A stretch of 63,058 nt of DNA, the filler included, from Rhabdomonas costata (Eukaryota), in NCBI GenBank assembly GCA_019059605.1. It is 42 parts of 42 records of this genome, joined end to end, with 100 filler letters (N's around TTAATTAATTAA, not from the genome) between each part and the next. Parts side by side here need not be neighbours in the genome. Positions count along the whole stretch, not along the records: positions 60,153 to 61,555 come from JAHMHO010016948.1; positions 61,656 to 63,058 come from JAHMHO010016949.1; 40 more parts are not named here. One strand, 5' to 3'. Every line of letters starts with the position of its first letter. The stretch's first letter is position 1. The notes under the pieces are model-generated. The model was not told the origin of the DNA. It saw only the letters and a list, made by a program, of their open reading frames with translations, and did no database searches. Made by a program: the position numbers and the translations under genes. Positions 61,151 through 63,058 of the stretch are shown one piece after another.

Positions 61151-61970
61151 CTTGTGGGGTGGGGTGGGGAGTCAGCTGGAAAAAATGGGTTTGATGCAAG
61201 GTACAAAATCAAAAAGTCAAAGCATCCCCAAAAAATGCAATTTCACTTAATGGCATCGGCAGTGTAATACAGGCAATCTTCCACTCCAACGGTCTCACTG
61301 GCTTAACATATTAGTGGTGAGAAATCCGTCACTAAGGTAGCATGGCAAGAGACTATCGACTGCCATCGGAGATACATACCGCATCAGCCATATTGCACAC
61401 TGCACACCCACTCGTTAGGGTCACAAAAAAGAAGGGGTTGCATCACTTGCAATTGCGCCCGGGGCATCCAGGCTTTCAGTCAAACTGGACGGTTAAGAAA
61501 TTCTACCCCTTTTATATTATTCGCTGTGCTGAGGGGAGCAAGCCCACACACCCCCNNNNNNNNNNNNNNNNNNNNNNNNNNNNNNNNNNNNNNNNNNNNT
61601 TAATTAATTAANNNNNNNNNNNNNNNNNNNNNNNNNNNNNNNNNNNNNNNNNNNNTGGACCGAGGAGGAGGGGGCATTGGATAATTAACGGTCTCGAGCG
61701 TTGGCGGCGCCTAAGTTTTTGGTCAGTGTCTCACTCTCTCACTCACCAGACGGCGTCAACGTTTCAGACGCCATAAACTGTCAAAAAAACGGCCTTTAAC
61801 GGTTACAACGGCCTTTAACGGTTAAAACGGCCTCGAAACTCAAGTTACTTCATCTGGGGGATCCAACAGCAAAACCTAATAATAGAAGGTGCAGGCAACA
61901 TCATCTCACCTCCGGGATCAAAAAAAATGTTTCCAAAAGGTAGCAGGGTGGATGCGGGCGAGGTAGGAAC

Positions 61971-62606
61971 CAAGGGTGCCGTGACAGTCAAAGAGGTAGT
62001 GGCTCTCGAGCAGAAGGTTGTGCGCGACGAACACGGCGAAGCACAGCACTCGCTTCAGCCGCCGCAGCGTCGCCTTCCCCGCGTTGCCCCCACTCAGCAC
62101 CAGAGTGCAGCTCTGTGGACACAGGACCCGGACTCAATGCATCTAGAGGCGGACAGAGTTGTTTGTGGGGTTCCAATACCGAGCACAAGTGGTGTAAGAT
62201 TGCGGCAAAACCAAACTGGCATCACTATACCTTTCTTGCGCCAATGGAAATGGATAGCTGAATGCGTATATAAGGAAGTAGATAACCCGCCACACAAAAG
62301 CCATCCAGTCCTACATTATCGTAGTTCTGCGTGCTTTTATGGAAAGGGGGCAGACATTAATTATGAGCACATCTCGATCAGCCAAGAAGTGAAGTACATC
62401 GCTGAGAGTGTCTTCGTACTTGCAACTGGCAACTACGGGAGTTCATTTACCCGTCATCCAACACCCAAGTTGTCTCACGACTCCACAAACCGCTCCTGGT
62501 AACCAACAACGCTCACACCTGGCGGGGGTCACAGCCCTCCAGAAAGGCGAAGGTGGTGCCCCCGAGCTTCTTCGTCGCGAAGGCCTCACAGCAGCCCAAG
62601 GGACAG
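61971..62606 (-). CDS. FAB1: FAB1/PIKfyve PI3P 5-kinase, CCT-like domain, two exons
   Basis: Exons 62606-62519 and 62112-61971: LGCCEAFATKKLGGTTFAFLEGCDPRQ-SCTLVLSGG...LRRLKRVLCFAVFVAHNLLLESHYLFD. Confidence 0.85.
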
Positions 62607-63058
62607 CTGCCGGACTCGGGAGATAACACCACGGAGCCTAATATGATGTTTTTGTGCCCGAACGGGAAAAAGACAAGCAAGCACAGAGGCTCGCGGGAAC
62701 AATCAATGAAGCGGTGCAGCAAAGGGAAGCCTATCGAAGTGTGGCGGCAAAAAGACGCAGGCAGAAAGCGGCTTGGGTGCAAGCTGAAAGCTGCAGCGAA
62801 GCCCAGATCGTTGCAAGCCGGTTTGTGCACTTCCGACTCGGACGACTCCGAAAGCAGCAATTTTTGTTTTTGTTTTCTGCACAAGATCTGAAGGTAGTGC
62901 CGATGGGATCCGAAGAAAGGAGCAAAAAAGTGAACAATCAGAAAAAGTGGCACAAAAATAGCAAGCAAACGAACGCCGCCCAGGCACCACTCAGTCTCAG
63001 GAAGGAAGGAAGGAAGGAAGGAAGGAATACCACCACCCCGAGGCCACGAGGACACACA

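Noticed and set aside
1-63058. Gene neighbourhoods, operons or clusters across the window (for example adjacent cyclase paralogues, or sulfatase beside FAB1)
   Set aside because: Contigs are ordered by length, so adjacency across spacers has no meaning.
1-63058. rRNA, tRNA or spliced-leader RNA genes
   Set aside because: None recognised by eye. tRNAscan-SE and Infernal/Rfam would be needed to exclude them.

Overview
This window is not a contiguous locus. It is 42 unrelated ~1.4-kb contigs, sorted by length (1405 down to 1403 bp) and joined by 41 artificial 100-bp spacers (N44-TTAATTAATTAA-N44, stops in all six frames). Most contig ends carry G/T-only (5') or A/C-only (3') tails, several matching the GenomePlex-type amplification primer, which points to whole-genome-amplified material. 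The DNA comes from an intron-rich flagellated eukaryote. Euglenozoa (euglenid or diplonemid) is inferred from flagellar genes, a kinetoplastid-like hexose transporter, EWMY-type adenylate cyclases and CRE/SLACS-like retroposons. Most ORFs in the supplied track are spurious or single exons. Manual GT-AG splicing gave in-frame fragments of propionyl-CoA synthetase, a TBP-family factor, an isochorismatase, a cadherin-domain protein, an ABC exporter, ORC1/CDC6, SSU72, an SLC25A39/40-type carrier, ODA-DC2, arsenite methyltransferase, an ADP-ribosyltransferase, OPRT, three adenylate-cyclase-like genes, a CAMK kinase, a sugar porter, ARL13, ABCF2, a MAN1/Src1-like protein, a Kelch protein and FAB1/PIKfyve. 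The best leads are: (1) contig 39107-40510, a hydrophobic coding fragment followed by an array of covarying hairpins, possibly organellar or extrachromosomal; (2) an intronless bacterial-type alkyl sulfatase in eukaryotic flanks (HGT candidate); (3) apparently interleaved antisense genes; (4) related sequences at the same offset in two introns of one gene; (5) catalytically degenerate cyclase paralogues. All family calls come from motif recognition, not database searches.
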